Origin: Chlorokybus atmophyticus
Taxonomy: Eukaryota; Plantae; Mesostigma and Chlorokybus algae
DNA length: 64,000 nt
NCBI GenBank assembly: GCA_009103225.1
Contig: RHPI01002090.1
Coordinates: 480,652-544,651, forward strand
Direction: 5' to 3'
The notes beneath the pieces are model-generated. The model did not search any database, was not told the origin of the DNA, and saw nothing but the letters and a program-made list of their open reading frames with translations. Shown piece after piece: positions 26,492 through 38,300 of this stretch. The position numbers and the translations under genes were made by a program. Numbering within the stretch: position 1 is the first letter of the stretch; each line of letters begins with the position of its first letter.

Positions 26492-27243
26492 CTTTGTTTG
26501 ACACCCCTTTTTCACACTCAGTTTGATACTTGAAGACAACGTTGCCCCCACATTAATTTTGCGAAGGGGTCTTTTCTTGGTAGGGGGGGGTTGTATTCGA
26601 GTGATCTTATCGTACATCATATACCATAAAAAATGCAGCTTAAATTATACACATTAAATGGGTAAAGCATGAAATCAACTCCTGCATTGCGTACTCTGAA
26701 ACCATGGGTGAGCATCGAAGCATCGACTTTCTGAGATTGTAACTATACATCAATACTTTAAAGTGTACAGGGAACATAAACCAATAAGTTTTTTATTTTT
26801 AAAACACATGAATAATCCAATAGTTTAGTAGATTTTAATAACTGTCCATTAGTTGCGGACGCAAACGCAAATTTTCCAATGTGTTTATCCTTATCAAGTA
26901 GTTTGCAGTTCACAACTCATATTGTGCACTTTTCTTACCGTACATTACAATTTAAGATTGTAACTTTTCGTCTATGTACTGTGAAAGGTAACAGGATGAA
27001 ACCGTTTCACGTGACGTTGATGTGGTTTCATAAACTCCCGTACATAATCTTATAATTTGGTTGCATGTAGAAATCCATTAACTGCAAATGCGAACACATA
27101 CTTATTTAATGTGCGTATCTTGCATTTTAAAACTACATTGTTACTTATGCATGTACATTATAGTTACTGGGGCCGTTACAGTACATTGATGAGCAAAACA
27201 ATACTTGACTCAAGAGTGACTTGGAGTTCAATGCTGACGATAC

Positions 27244-27645
27244 TGTCATGCCCATTGTCCTCGTGTGCCAGCCTGCATCGGGCATGCTTACCTCAAAACC
27301 CTCGCTCGGACTATCAGCATACCAAGTCGTGCGCGTCACTGACTAGTAGCTAGATTATGACCTTAGACTAACTCATGGCCGAAGCCCACATAGGCACCGC
27401 GCGTAGCTGTTTCAGTTGTGAATTCACTTACGCGTTATGTTTCATGTCAAGGGAGAGTTTCTGGTGGGAATAGCCTCAATATGACCGTTAGCTTGTGTTC
27501 TATACATTCATGATTTGACATGTATAAGTAGTAGTAGTCGCGATGTTCACTGGATCATTTGGTGACATTATGAGTGAGAAAGCTAGGAGCTTGTAAAGCG
27601 ACTTGAGTTACGAATACGCCGTCCTGGTTACCAAGAATCCCCTCA
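27244..27645 (+). mobile_element. Truncated L-type terminal repeat of the DNMT-Gypsy family
   Basis: Starts tgtcatgcc and is colinear with 52041-52435 (aagcccacataggcaccgcgcgtagctg, TATAAG, ggtgaca, ggttaccaagaa). It breaks off at 27645. Confidence 0.8.
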
Positions 27646-27648
27646 TCG

Positions 27649-28650
27649 CGTCGCAAAATATTTCCCCTGCCGGCCGACTAAATATTGGCAACGGCCGTGC
27701 ACCTAAAGATACTTACTTAAACCGTCGTGGCTCAGTCCACCTGTAATCTCGATACAGGAACCTGATAGTAACTTTCGTTACTATCAGGCCCTTTTCGTTA
27801 CAATTCGGTCTTTAACATTTGACTATGTCCAATAAACAGGCACCTGTTTGTTACCTATCATGTAACAGCACCACCGTCGCCGGTGATGCCCCTTCAATCC
27901 TCTACCCCAACACCCACATCGCCTATGACAAGCCTTCAACGGCGTGGCCGCCACTGAGCAGAGTACTGAAAGTCCCAACATCAGTTTGACGACCTTTTAT
28001 ATCAAGGGTATATCAAATATATCCCTCTCAATAATTAACTCACAACTAGACGTCGACCCTACAGATAGGGTAGTTAGGAAATTTAGTGTGAGTTAATCAC
28101 AGCTCAGATAAGGTACCCATCGAAAAGGTACCTATTGAAAGATACCTATCGTAAGTTACCTAACGAGATAGTGATCACATTTTATTAAATGTTACATTAA
28201 ATAGGCCTGAATAAGCGGTTCTACACCCATTGGGACTTATTGAAGCTATGATAAAGCATCATAGCCTTTGATAAGCAAGAAAAGAGGTATAAATAAGCAT
28301 ATTTAGATACTTATTCATACGGAATGTGTTATTTAGGTAGCAATAATACTCATATCATTATTGCTCCCGTTACATATCAGGTCTTAACAGGTGACTATGC
28401 CTAACTTACAGGCACCTGTTAGTTACTTATCAGGCCTTGACAGGTGACTACAACTGATTAAGGGCACCTGTAATTAACACATCAGGCATTAACAGGTGAC
28501 CACACCTAATTAGCAGGCACTTGCAAATTACACATTAGTCATACTTAGGTGACTCAGCCTACGTGACAGGCACATGTAGGTTACACACCAGTCCAGCGCA
28601 TGCAACTGAGCCTAATTCACAAGCACCAACTAGGTAATTAGCGAAAAAGG
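27649..28650 (+). repeat. Interspersed repeat family (second copy at ~53290-53700) containing a ~52-bp x5 array and a ~15-bp x4 array
   Basis: cgtcgcaaaat..ggccgactaaatattggcaacggccgtgcacct..gtcgtggctcagtccacctgtaatctcgatacag occurs at both loci. Units (t/c)atcagg..acaggtgact..caggcacctgt..ttac at ~28375, 28428, 28480, 28532, 28585. aggtacc(c/t)at.gaaa units at 28110-28170. Confidence 0.75.
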
Positions 28651-28976
28651 CATTTTCTAAGCAATCGATGCATAATCGTCGTTATATGTATTTGCATAGC
28701 ATGACTACATGCGACTGTCACTGACTGCCAGCATCGTTATGTGCCTGTGCTGTGTACAGGTACCTGAAATGTGTACAGTGTCTCAGTCACTTGCCAAGGC
28801 TTGTAGTTCGATTATGTGACTTGAATGCCTGCAGTTCTGTTGTGTATCATATAGATGCAAGTATTGACATGCATGAGCATAATGACGATTGACTGAGCTG
28901 GTTTAATATGCACAACACTCAGTCACAAGAGCCTTGCAGCTGTGTACACTACCAGCTAAACGGACTACCAACTGCG

Positions 28977-31480
28977 CTACGCCTCCTCTCCATCATCGCT
29001 TTGCTCGTCATCATGGAACAAAGCACCACGCGCTGGGGCCTGTGGAGGAGACGCCGGAGCTTTCTCTTCCTCCTCAAACGGTTGCCGCCAATCACGTGCC
29101 GCTTCTGCCTCAGCGAGCGGGTCACGAGCTGCTGTCTCTTGCGGCCGGCGCCAATTGGGATCTTTCAGGTATTCGGCACAAGATGCAATGCGGCCTTTCA
29201 CAAGGGTGAATGGCTGGAGGGCTGTGTACCGTTGCCTCATCTCCCGCTTCATTGAAATGATCATGGTGTTGATTTCGCTGAGGTACTCTTCATGTGTGTC
29301 GATGCTGGCAGCTATGAGAGGGTCTCCATCCTTGCCCTTTAAGATGCACTCCACCTGCGTAGGTTACAAGCATGTCTTAGTGGCATTGAAAGCCACTATT
29401 CACTGCAGCGCGTCTGCAAGCCTGTAGTTTGGGGCTACAGCATTCCTGAATTGCTAATAATTGAGTTCAAAGTGCTCACCGTAAGCAACAGGTATGCGAG
29501 GTGGTTGACTGTCAGCTGCCGGCGACCAGGTGTAGTGACGGCGTAAGACCAGCATTGCACGATCATTTGTCAGATTATGGGATTGCCCCATTTATGGATG
29601 TATCTCCTCCGCTCCGGGTCTGCATTGTCGGTCACCTCAAATTTCCGCCATGACTAGTCTGCGAAGTCATACCAACAGGGCATTGGTCACGATATAGATA
29701 GTTCAAGTTGAGCCTGCACTAGGCTAAAATAGTGCCTGTGACTTACTTTGGAGCGCCTTGCGCATCTGGGCTTTTTGGGTCTCGGGATCCATTAGGGCAT
29801 CGATGTGCCTAATTGAATCGGTTACAATAGGCGAGATGCGTACGTGTGTATGGAGGCTTAGTAAGAAGGTAGTGTTGCATAGCAGACATGGTGGTAAGGG
29901 ACCCAACTCACTTGCGCTTGTTGCTGTTAGACAGTATCCACTTGTACTCCTTCTCAAGGACATGCTTGATCTTGGTGACAGTCTCGGACCAAACCTGTGT
30001 AGCTTTCTTCAAGGCGACACTCCAGTGGAAGGGGCACTCCTTGGGCGTCCAGTACACCTCATAGAACTTGTCCGCATCGGCCTCGTCGTCATAGTCAAAG
30101 CCAACTACCTGTCACGGGCAGGATGGTCAGTGTTACGGTGCAGTGAGGTCATGAAGCATTCACAGCACCTGACACATGACGTTACAAATAGTGTCCTCCT
30201 TAGGATAAATGTGGCTCTCTACCGAGTTGCCGTTTATGATTTCAGCGACGGCATCCCGCAAATTTTGTCCACAGAAGAACAATCCGTTACACACAGTGTC
30301 ACAGTGTCACACAGTGCTTACCTCGTTGCCAATCTTCCACTTGCTTGGGGAAGGGTTACTGACGGCCGAGGTTCCTACGTCACGGCCAAATGCGTTTGGG
30401 TTGGGGGTTTCAATCGACCCTCTGCAAGCACAATCAAGTAACTCATGCTGCCAGCCATGAGAATGCAACTCTCACAGTTGAGCAAGAAGAACAACGTGCA
30501 CAGTGTATCCAGAACGCATGCAGTGAGTCGCTATGCCAGTTATGAAAGAAGCAAGCATCAAAGTTTGAGTAGAGCAAAAGCAGCGTGCACAGTGCATCAA
30601 GAACGCATGCATTTTAGCTTGCCCTTGCGACTGCGGTGTCGGGTGGAGTTGTAGGCTGGGCGTTAGCGCGGGGTCTTGCTGCAATTGGTTGGCCAAGAGT
30701 GGCTTTAGCTGGTTGGCGACGGTTGCCTGGTTGAACACTGGGGGCAATGTGGACTAATGGCGCCGACCTCCACGACGAGGTGCACCTGCAGATGGACCAC
30801 AAGGCATCTCTTTGCCTGATAGTCGGGTGTCGCCTACTTAGCTGATAGTGGCGCTGCCGCATCCAACGCTGCCGCCAGGTGGCCCGCCCAAATGTACGAG
30901 GCGCGAAAACGAAGATGAGGCGGTTTTGAACATCTAGTGTCCCAAACCAGAGTCGCACTTATTGTGCGTCCTTCTCCTATGGTTGATGGTACGCCTTATG
31001 CATTCGTACCATCCATGCTTCATACAACCAAGGGTAACAATGGCTTGGGCGTAACATTAATGGTACGACAGAGGCATCTCTCGTCCAACCCCGCCATTCG
31101 CGTACTATGGCCTTGACGTACCATCCATGGTACGACAGAGGCATTGCTGAACCAGCCCTAATGTGAGTTAGCGTGCACTCACCCAAACAGCTGCATTGAT
31201 GGCCGGATGATGGCACGCAGGGGCATTAGGTTGATGGCGGCTCGAATGTCAGGCATAGTGATTTTGGGTTCAACTATGAGGCGGAAGACCAGGAGTAGGA
31301 GGCGGCGACGGCGTGGCACATCTTGCGAGAAGTTGTGGTCATAAGAGTTCAAGCAGCGAAGCCAGCTAATACCGGGCGCCACGTCATGGGTCATGGCAGG
31401 CGTCAGCAATGGGGCTGTCCAACATGCATCACCAACATTGGACAAAGCAGCAAGCAAGCCATTAAGAACCATCTTCATAT
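28977..31480 (-). pseudogene. Degenerate multi-exon gene of unknown function, possibly transposon-borne
   Basis: Exon-like blocks with GT/AG ends: VVGFDYDDEADADKFYEVYWTPKECPFHW.. (~30108-29910), SWRKFEV..YIHKWGNPII*QMIVQCW..HLAYLLLT| (in-frame TGA) and VECILKGKDG..DDGEEA* (29354-28977). Confidence 0.45.
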
Positions 31481-34400
31481 TGAGATGCGTTCACAAACCT
31501 ACACATGCACATGTGTGCACGCCACCCAGCACAAACGTTAAGAGGCTGCAACAACAAGACTAAGACCATCTATTGCCATCATGTCCGCGGGTTTTATACC
31601 CGCCAGGAATACACCTGTAACGGGAAGGTACATTAAATTACCGCAAATCGACCATAAAAGCACCAAGTCTTTTGTGGTCGAGTGGGCTGTGACAACACCT
31701 GTTTACTCTAGAAGCCACCACGTTGCTACACTTATTTGAGTGCTGCGTTTTGAGAAGCGACTCGTAGCTACTTACAAGGGCTATCTACTGAGCTTTAGAA
31801 CGCCCAAATTGGTGCAGTAACCACCGAGTTATGACGATTCTCGTGCAGGCCTGGAAGTCGCCAGACTCCGGACTCGAGTCCGCCCCTGGAACTTCACGCG
31901 CCTGGAACTTTCAACTTGAGTCCTCGCCTAGAGCCTTCTCGCGGCCAGTTCTATTCGGAGGGCAAGCTGACCGTCTGCCTGGATGTAAGAATATCTTCAA
32001 TACTTCACACAGAGAGCTGCTTGGTGGCTCGCTTTCTGCAACAAGGAGTGGATCAGAAGCTGAAGTCCTTGCAGCCTCTTGTAGAAACCATGCAAGACCC
32101 ATTGCGACTGTGGGAACAAGCACAAAGGAATGCAGAGGTACGCTCAACAGTCACATGCATTTCCTTGCAAGAGCAATTTTGTTTTTTTGACGCAGTCTAT
32201 GTGATACATGTAGCGTGGCTGCAGGCCTTTATTATTCACCCATACCCCACCCCGCAGGCAAGCCGACATTGCGGAAGCAAGAGCAGATAGACAGAGCTAG
32301 GCGGCGATATGTTGTTGCCAATCTCGCTGTGCATGTTGACTGCATGCACCTCCAATGCATGCGTACCTTTGCTTGCTAGGGTGTGCGTGAGTGTGCGAAG
32401 TTGCGCGCGCGTGCCGAACGAAGTAGGCTGGGTTTGAGCACAGGAGCGCGTGGCCATTCGTTCGGCATTCAACTAATAGTGCATCAATCAGCAATGACGC
32501 AGTCCATGCAATCATTTGCGCATCAACCAGCAATGCCGCGTGACTGTTTAAAGCCACCGCCTGATGACGGTGTGACGCAGTTGACTATTGCAATTGCAGT
32601 GTCGCAAGCATGCAGCTAACCCACATGTGATTGGTTGACAGCACCACAGTGCACTAGGTCCTGTTGAAGCTCCTATGCAAGCCTGGATTTAATCCCATCA
32701 ACTAGTCCTTCACTCCCAGTTGCTAATGGGCGCGGCGGCAATGCGGCATTAGTTTAACATGCATGTTGGCCTGTTAAATCCCGACATGTCCATTGGGGCA
32801 GTGGCGCATGATGTGCCAATGGCTCACGAGCTCCGTGATGAGTCTGCATTTAAGGGTGGCGGGGAGAGTGCACCCAATACCACCTTGTCAGCCCCCATGG
32901 CTTCCCTGCAGCCCACGGGCCATTGAGGTACATTGCTGTCCTTTATGCTTGTGCCTTGGTAACAATACGTCAGGCACTGCATAAGCTTATTTTTTTGTCC
33001 TTTGCAACATTGTGAGCCATCTTTTCCTGGGTCCTATATACAGCCCCCCTTGCTGCATGCACAAGTGGTCTCACCTGCCGCACCTGCTCCCCTTGCAGCC
33101 AGAGCGCATCCACCTTCCGCGGCACCAGTTCTTCATGCAGAACCATCTCCTCCACGACCAGCACCGGTGATTGCAGGGCAACAATCTTTCTTGCCGCAAC
33201 CGGCGAGACCACAGCATAATGCAACAAACAATGTGGCTTCTACAATTACCTTACCCCACCCGCTGCAAGTTGAAGCCGGCAGTCTGCCCCAAGCTCAGGT
33301 AGTTTATCAGTCACTGTCACTCTTGCCGTCGACAGTTGGACACATTATTTAAGTGTTGTATGCGCATGCAGCAAGGGTCACCACCTGCCAGCGAGTCATT
33401 AGAGGAGCTAGCCGCAACCGGCATATGGCCATCAGTCATGCTAGGTGGCCAGCTCGCCTTATGGGACCACTTCAATGCGCCGACGGATGGTAATTGCCTC
33501 TATCATTGTGTGTTTCGCGCCAGGCCATAGCACAAAGTCGCCTAAATGATCACAAGTGCCCCAGCTTGAGCATATTTTGGGCCATGCTGAAAAGCATGGA
33601 CGACGACGACAGGGGGGACGCTCTCCGCAAAATCACCGCCAAGGCTGTCGATGCAGGTGGCGAGCAGAATCTTAGACTTTTGCAGAGCCACCAATGCCGC
33701 GGGAGAGATGGCGCTATTACAAACGACCCACTGCCTGCGACCTTATTGGCTGATGTCAATTGCAACATTGACATAGCCATGGCCAAGGTGCGACAATTGT
33801 GCGGAGAAAAGATGTGTACGTGGAGCACATGCAGATGACCATGTTTGTCAACAAGTGGGCTTGTTGATTGGCTGCGTAACCATTCAGCGCGAGCATGGGG
33901 TGGGTGCCACGGCCCGGCAGCGCAGTTTGGGTTGGAAATAAAGAAGCCCCCAACTCAGTCTTGGTGGTGGGCAACACTGCCCAGATGAGCCATAAGCACA
34001 CTTTTTGCTCCTCAAGCCTGCAAGCACCAAACAATGATCGTGGCCTATGCTTGAAGTGCCACTGGAGGTAACAAACCTAATCGGAGAGTGGCGAAATGGC
34101 ATTGCCAATTCCCCGCTACTACCGGATGCGATCCAGGGTGCTGTCGTGCCTGTCATGGTCGAGGGCAACCTTGTCTCGGACAGGCTGCGGAGGAGTGCTA
34201 GTGCTGCACGCATGCTAGTGCCGTGCATTGCATTGGAGTCATGCAAGCAAAAGACAACCCCCCAATCGTGGGCATAGGCTTGAAGATGAGCCTACGCGGT
34301 GTTCAGTGCAGTGGACGAGCCGATGCCGCTTGCCACCTTTGTGTACAGACTGTGTCGTAGTGCACACAGTCAACAAGCCACTACGATAGGTAGTGCTGTA

Positions 34401-35313
34401 GACACAGTTCTTTGCATGAGCGGATAGAATGATACACTGTTAAGTGAGGTGAATGAGTGTGCAACACGTGGATACAACACCCTGACTACTGAAACAACAC
34501 ACCACCGACAAGCTCACAGCAATTGCAGGCACAGCGCACAAGAGCATGCACCGTGTCTCACGCAGTAAGGGAATTCTTGGCAACTGGGGCAGCGTGCTTC
34601 CAGTTCAAGTCGCTTCACAAGCTCTTTAGAAACATAGTCTTTACTTCTTAGTACTCCTAGTACTCACAGTACTCACTTACAGTGTCACCAGCCAGTCTGG
34701 TGACGTGACTTTCTACTTATACATGTCAAATCATGACGGTGCAGTGCCACGCGGGCACTAGGCCAACGGTCACATCGAGGCCTCATGCGATTTCGGAAAT
34801 CTCCTAAGACTCGATATAGCACATGTGTTCTTAACAGACTTACAACTGATCAGCTACGCGCGGTCCCTACAGACAGGTCTATAAAGTAGCCCTAGCTACA
34901 TGCTACATGAGTGATACAGTAGCTAGCAGTAGGCTGGGGCTCGCGCGGTCTTCATGCTGGTAGCCCGGGCGTGGGGCTGGGTGTAGGCATGCTTGAGAAG
35001 AACTGGCATGCGAGGGTAGATGGCATGACAGCTGTCGTGCCTGCCATGGTCGAGGGCAACCTTGTCTCGGACAGGCTGCGGAGGAGTGCTAGTGCTGCAC
35101 GCTAGTGACGTGCATTGCATTGGAGTCATGCAAGCAAAAGACAACCCCCCAATCGTGGGCATAGGCTTGAAGATGAGCCTACGCGGTGTTCAGTGCAGTG
35201 GACGAGCCGATGCCGCTTGCCACCTTTGTGTACAGACTGTGTCGTAGTGCACACAGTCAACAAGCCACCCCCCCTGAGATTCTGGGGTAGCCCTCTGCTC
35301 CAGAACTCAGTTC

Positions 35314-38300
35314 CTACCGACTGTGTGGGGGACCGTTGATGCGGCAGTCATCGCACCAGTACTCCCACAAGGGTACTGCGTCCAGTGGAGGGTCAAGGCA
35401 GTAGCAGTGCATGCCTTGATTACAGCCGTCGCATAACATCATCAATGGGTCGTCGTCGGCGCTGCCACACTTCTCGCATCGGGTGCTGCGCAGCGGACGC
35501 GGGTGCTGGATCTTGGTGAAGCCAGCAATGTAGGGGAGATGACAGGGCGCACAGTTGACCATGTTGTCCTTCATGCGCTCGCCTCGTTGTCCTAACAGGT
35601 CCAGTACTCTTGTGGGGTGCACCCTCAATACCTTGTAGACAGCACGCCCGACGGAGGTATCGAGGGTGTCGCGTGTAGACGCCATACGGTAGACGAAGTC
35701 TCCTGACTCGAAGCGGCGCTCCCGCTCCTTGTAGAAACCACTGCGCACACGCTCGTAACGCAGCGTGTCGCGGTGCTGCGCGATGCGCAGGTTGTTGAAG
35801 GCCATGGGGACTGTGTGTTCGAACAGCGCACTGCGCACTGTCAGATCATACAACATCTCGTCGGGGTTGTCGAGATTGTCCACCACTCTGTCGACCTCCT
35901 GCTGTGCGCGGAAAGGGAGCAATGGCTGCCTTCCGAACAGTAGATAGTATGGGCTGTACTCTCGCAGGGCTGCCTGCTTGGACAGCCGGTAGCCCATTGC
36001 TACCCATGGGAGGTGATCATCCCAGGTATTCTTCTCGTAGGCAAGGACGTACTTGCGCAGTGCCTTCTTGATGGTCTGCACGGTACGCTCGGCGAGGCCG
36101 TCGGCCTGCGGGTGGTCGCGTGAGGTGCGACGGTGGTCGATGAAGCATCTGTCGATAAGCTTGTCGAAGGCTCCTCTGAACTCCGTACCCTGGTCGGTGA
36201 TGACTTCAGCGCAGCTGCCGAAACGTCCGAGTACATGGGAGAGGAAAGCCTGGGCTACTCCCTCACTGCTCTTGTCGGGCAGGGGCACCAGCTCCACCCA
36301 CTTGGAGAAGTGCTCGATCATGACGAGGATGTAGCGGTTGCCTCGCGCTGAGGGCGCTAGGTCTCCGAGGATGTCCAGTCCCCAGCGGTAGAACAACCCG
36401 GAAATGGGCAGGGGATGCAAGGTGGCATTGCGCGTGTTGAGGCTGGCGCGAACCATGTCACATTGCTGACAGTTGCTGACGAACTCCCGCACCTGTCTGT
36501 GCACCCCATACCACCAGTACTGGGTCCTGATCAGACTGACCGTGCGCTTAACACCGAAGTGCCCGAGCTCGGTGTGAAGGGAGGAGATGATGCCTTCACG
36601 TGCAGCTGGTGTGGGGACCTCCTGATCTGCATCTTGTATCCGTCGATACAGCCTGTCGTTGGCCCAGCGGTAACGCTGAGTGCGTTGTCGGACGCGGTCC
36701 TTCTCGCGTGCGCTCATGCCTGCTGGAAGTTGTCCAGTCTGAAGCAGTGCGAGGGATGGCTCGTCCAGCCAGATGTCTTGTCGTGTGTCAGTGGGTGCCA
36801 GCTCCTCATCATCCACCTCAGGGTCGGCAGCGTTTGCTTCTTCTGATAAAGGATCGGTGGTGGTGATGGCGGGCTCGAGAGCGGGCATGTCCCCGTCTGC
36901 TGCTGCCTCAGCGGTCTGAGTCCTGCGTCCCGAGCGTAGCGCAGCGACAGCGAACATGGTGGCCACACCTGAAGGTGCAGCTGTAGGACCCAACTCATGT
37001 CGGGCACCTGTGGCGTCGTTGGTGCTGAGGTGGGGGTTACGGCTGAGGCCATCCGCATCCCGGTTGGCAAGGCCTGCGCGGTGTTCCACCTCGAAGTCGT
37101 ACTCCTGGAGCAGCAGCGCCCATCGTGCTAACTTTCCTGTCAAGTGCTGGTTGTTCATTAGCCACTTGAGGGGTTGATGGTCAGTGACCAGTTGGAACTG
37201 CCGTCCAAACAGGAAGGGTCGGAAGAAGGAGATGGCCCACACTGCGGCGAGACACTCCCCTTCGTAGCTGCTGTAGTTGGCCTCAGCACTGTTGTTGCTG
37301 CGGCTGGCGTACGACACTACGCGCTCCTTTTTGTTGTTGTCATGCTGTACGAGCACGGCCCCCATGCCGAGCTTGCTCCAGTCTGTGTGCAGAATGAACG
37401 ACCTGGTGTAGTCAGGGCGTTGCAGAATGGGAGCTGTGGTGAGGCGGAGCTTCAGCTCCTGAAAGGCCTCCTGTTGTGCCTCCTTCCACAAGAACTCGGT
37501 GTCCTTCTTCAGTAGTTCGTTGAGAGGCCTTGCGATCTTGCCAAAGTCTTTGACAAACCGGCGGTAATAGTTGGCAAGGCCGAGAAAGGCCCGCAGCCGC
37601 GTGAGGTCTGTGGGGGCAGGGATAGCCACCAGGGTCTCCACTTTGGCCTGCTGTACGTACACACCATGGGGCACAATCATGTGTCCTAGGTAAGGTACCT
37701 TGCGGGTGAAGAAGGTGCACTTGTCAGGGTGCACCGTCATCCCGACTTCCTTCAGCCTCAGTAGCACCTCTTCGATGTGCTGGAGATGCTCCTCATTGCT
37801 GTGACTGAAGATGAGGATGTCGTCGATGTAGCAGCGCGCGAAGTCCAACCCCTTGAGGGCTTTGTCCATGACGCGCTGGAACTTGGCCGGAGCGTTCTTC
37901 AGTCCGAAGGGCATGACCTTCCACTGGTACAGCTGCCGGTTTCCCCAGAAGGAAGTCTTGTGCTTGTCCTCCTCCTTGATGGCGATCTGGTTGTACCCTT
38001 GGCGCATATCCAGGATACTAAAGACCGTGCATTCTCCTACATCGTCAAAGATGCCTTCTGTGGTAGGCATTGGATCCCTGTCCTGCTTGGTCTTGTTGTT
38101 GAGGGGGCGATAGTCGCCACACATGCGCCGGTCTGTCCAGTTGCCTGCTGAATCTTTCTTCAGGGGCATGACGGTCGCGGCCGCAAAGTCCGATGTGGAC
38201 TCCTCGATCAGGCCTGCATCTAGCAGCGCCTTGCACCTCTGTTCCACCAAGTCTTCTTCTAGCTTGGAGAGGCGGTACTGTCTTCTGAACACCGGTTCGG

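Noticed and set aside
26650-26900. Possible RNase H remnant (FKVYREHKPI resembling F.VYTDHKPL)
   Set aside because: A single short motif with no other supportable domain residues.
28370-28650. CRISPR-like array
   Set aside because: Eukaryotic context, degenerate units with no unique spacers, no cas genes; treated as a minisatellite.
29758-30441. 227-aa plus-strand ORF and many antisense ORFs over the Gypsy and CRE coding regions
   Set aside because: Shadow frames opposite better-supported coding sequence, with no recognisable motifs.
34139-34141. Alternative element end at ..GACAGCA (TG..CA) with no TSD
   Set aside because: Ending at 34142 gives 8/9-matched inverted termini and an exact 4-bp TSD, and the empty-site homologue for element 2 supports the same boundary.
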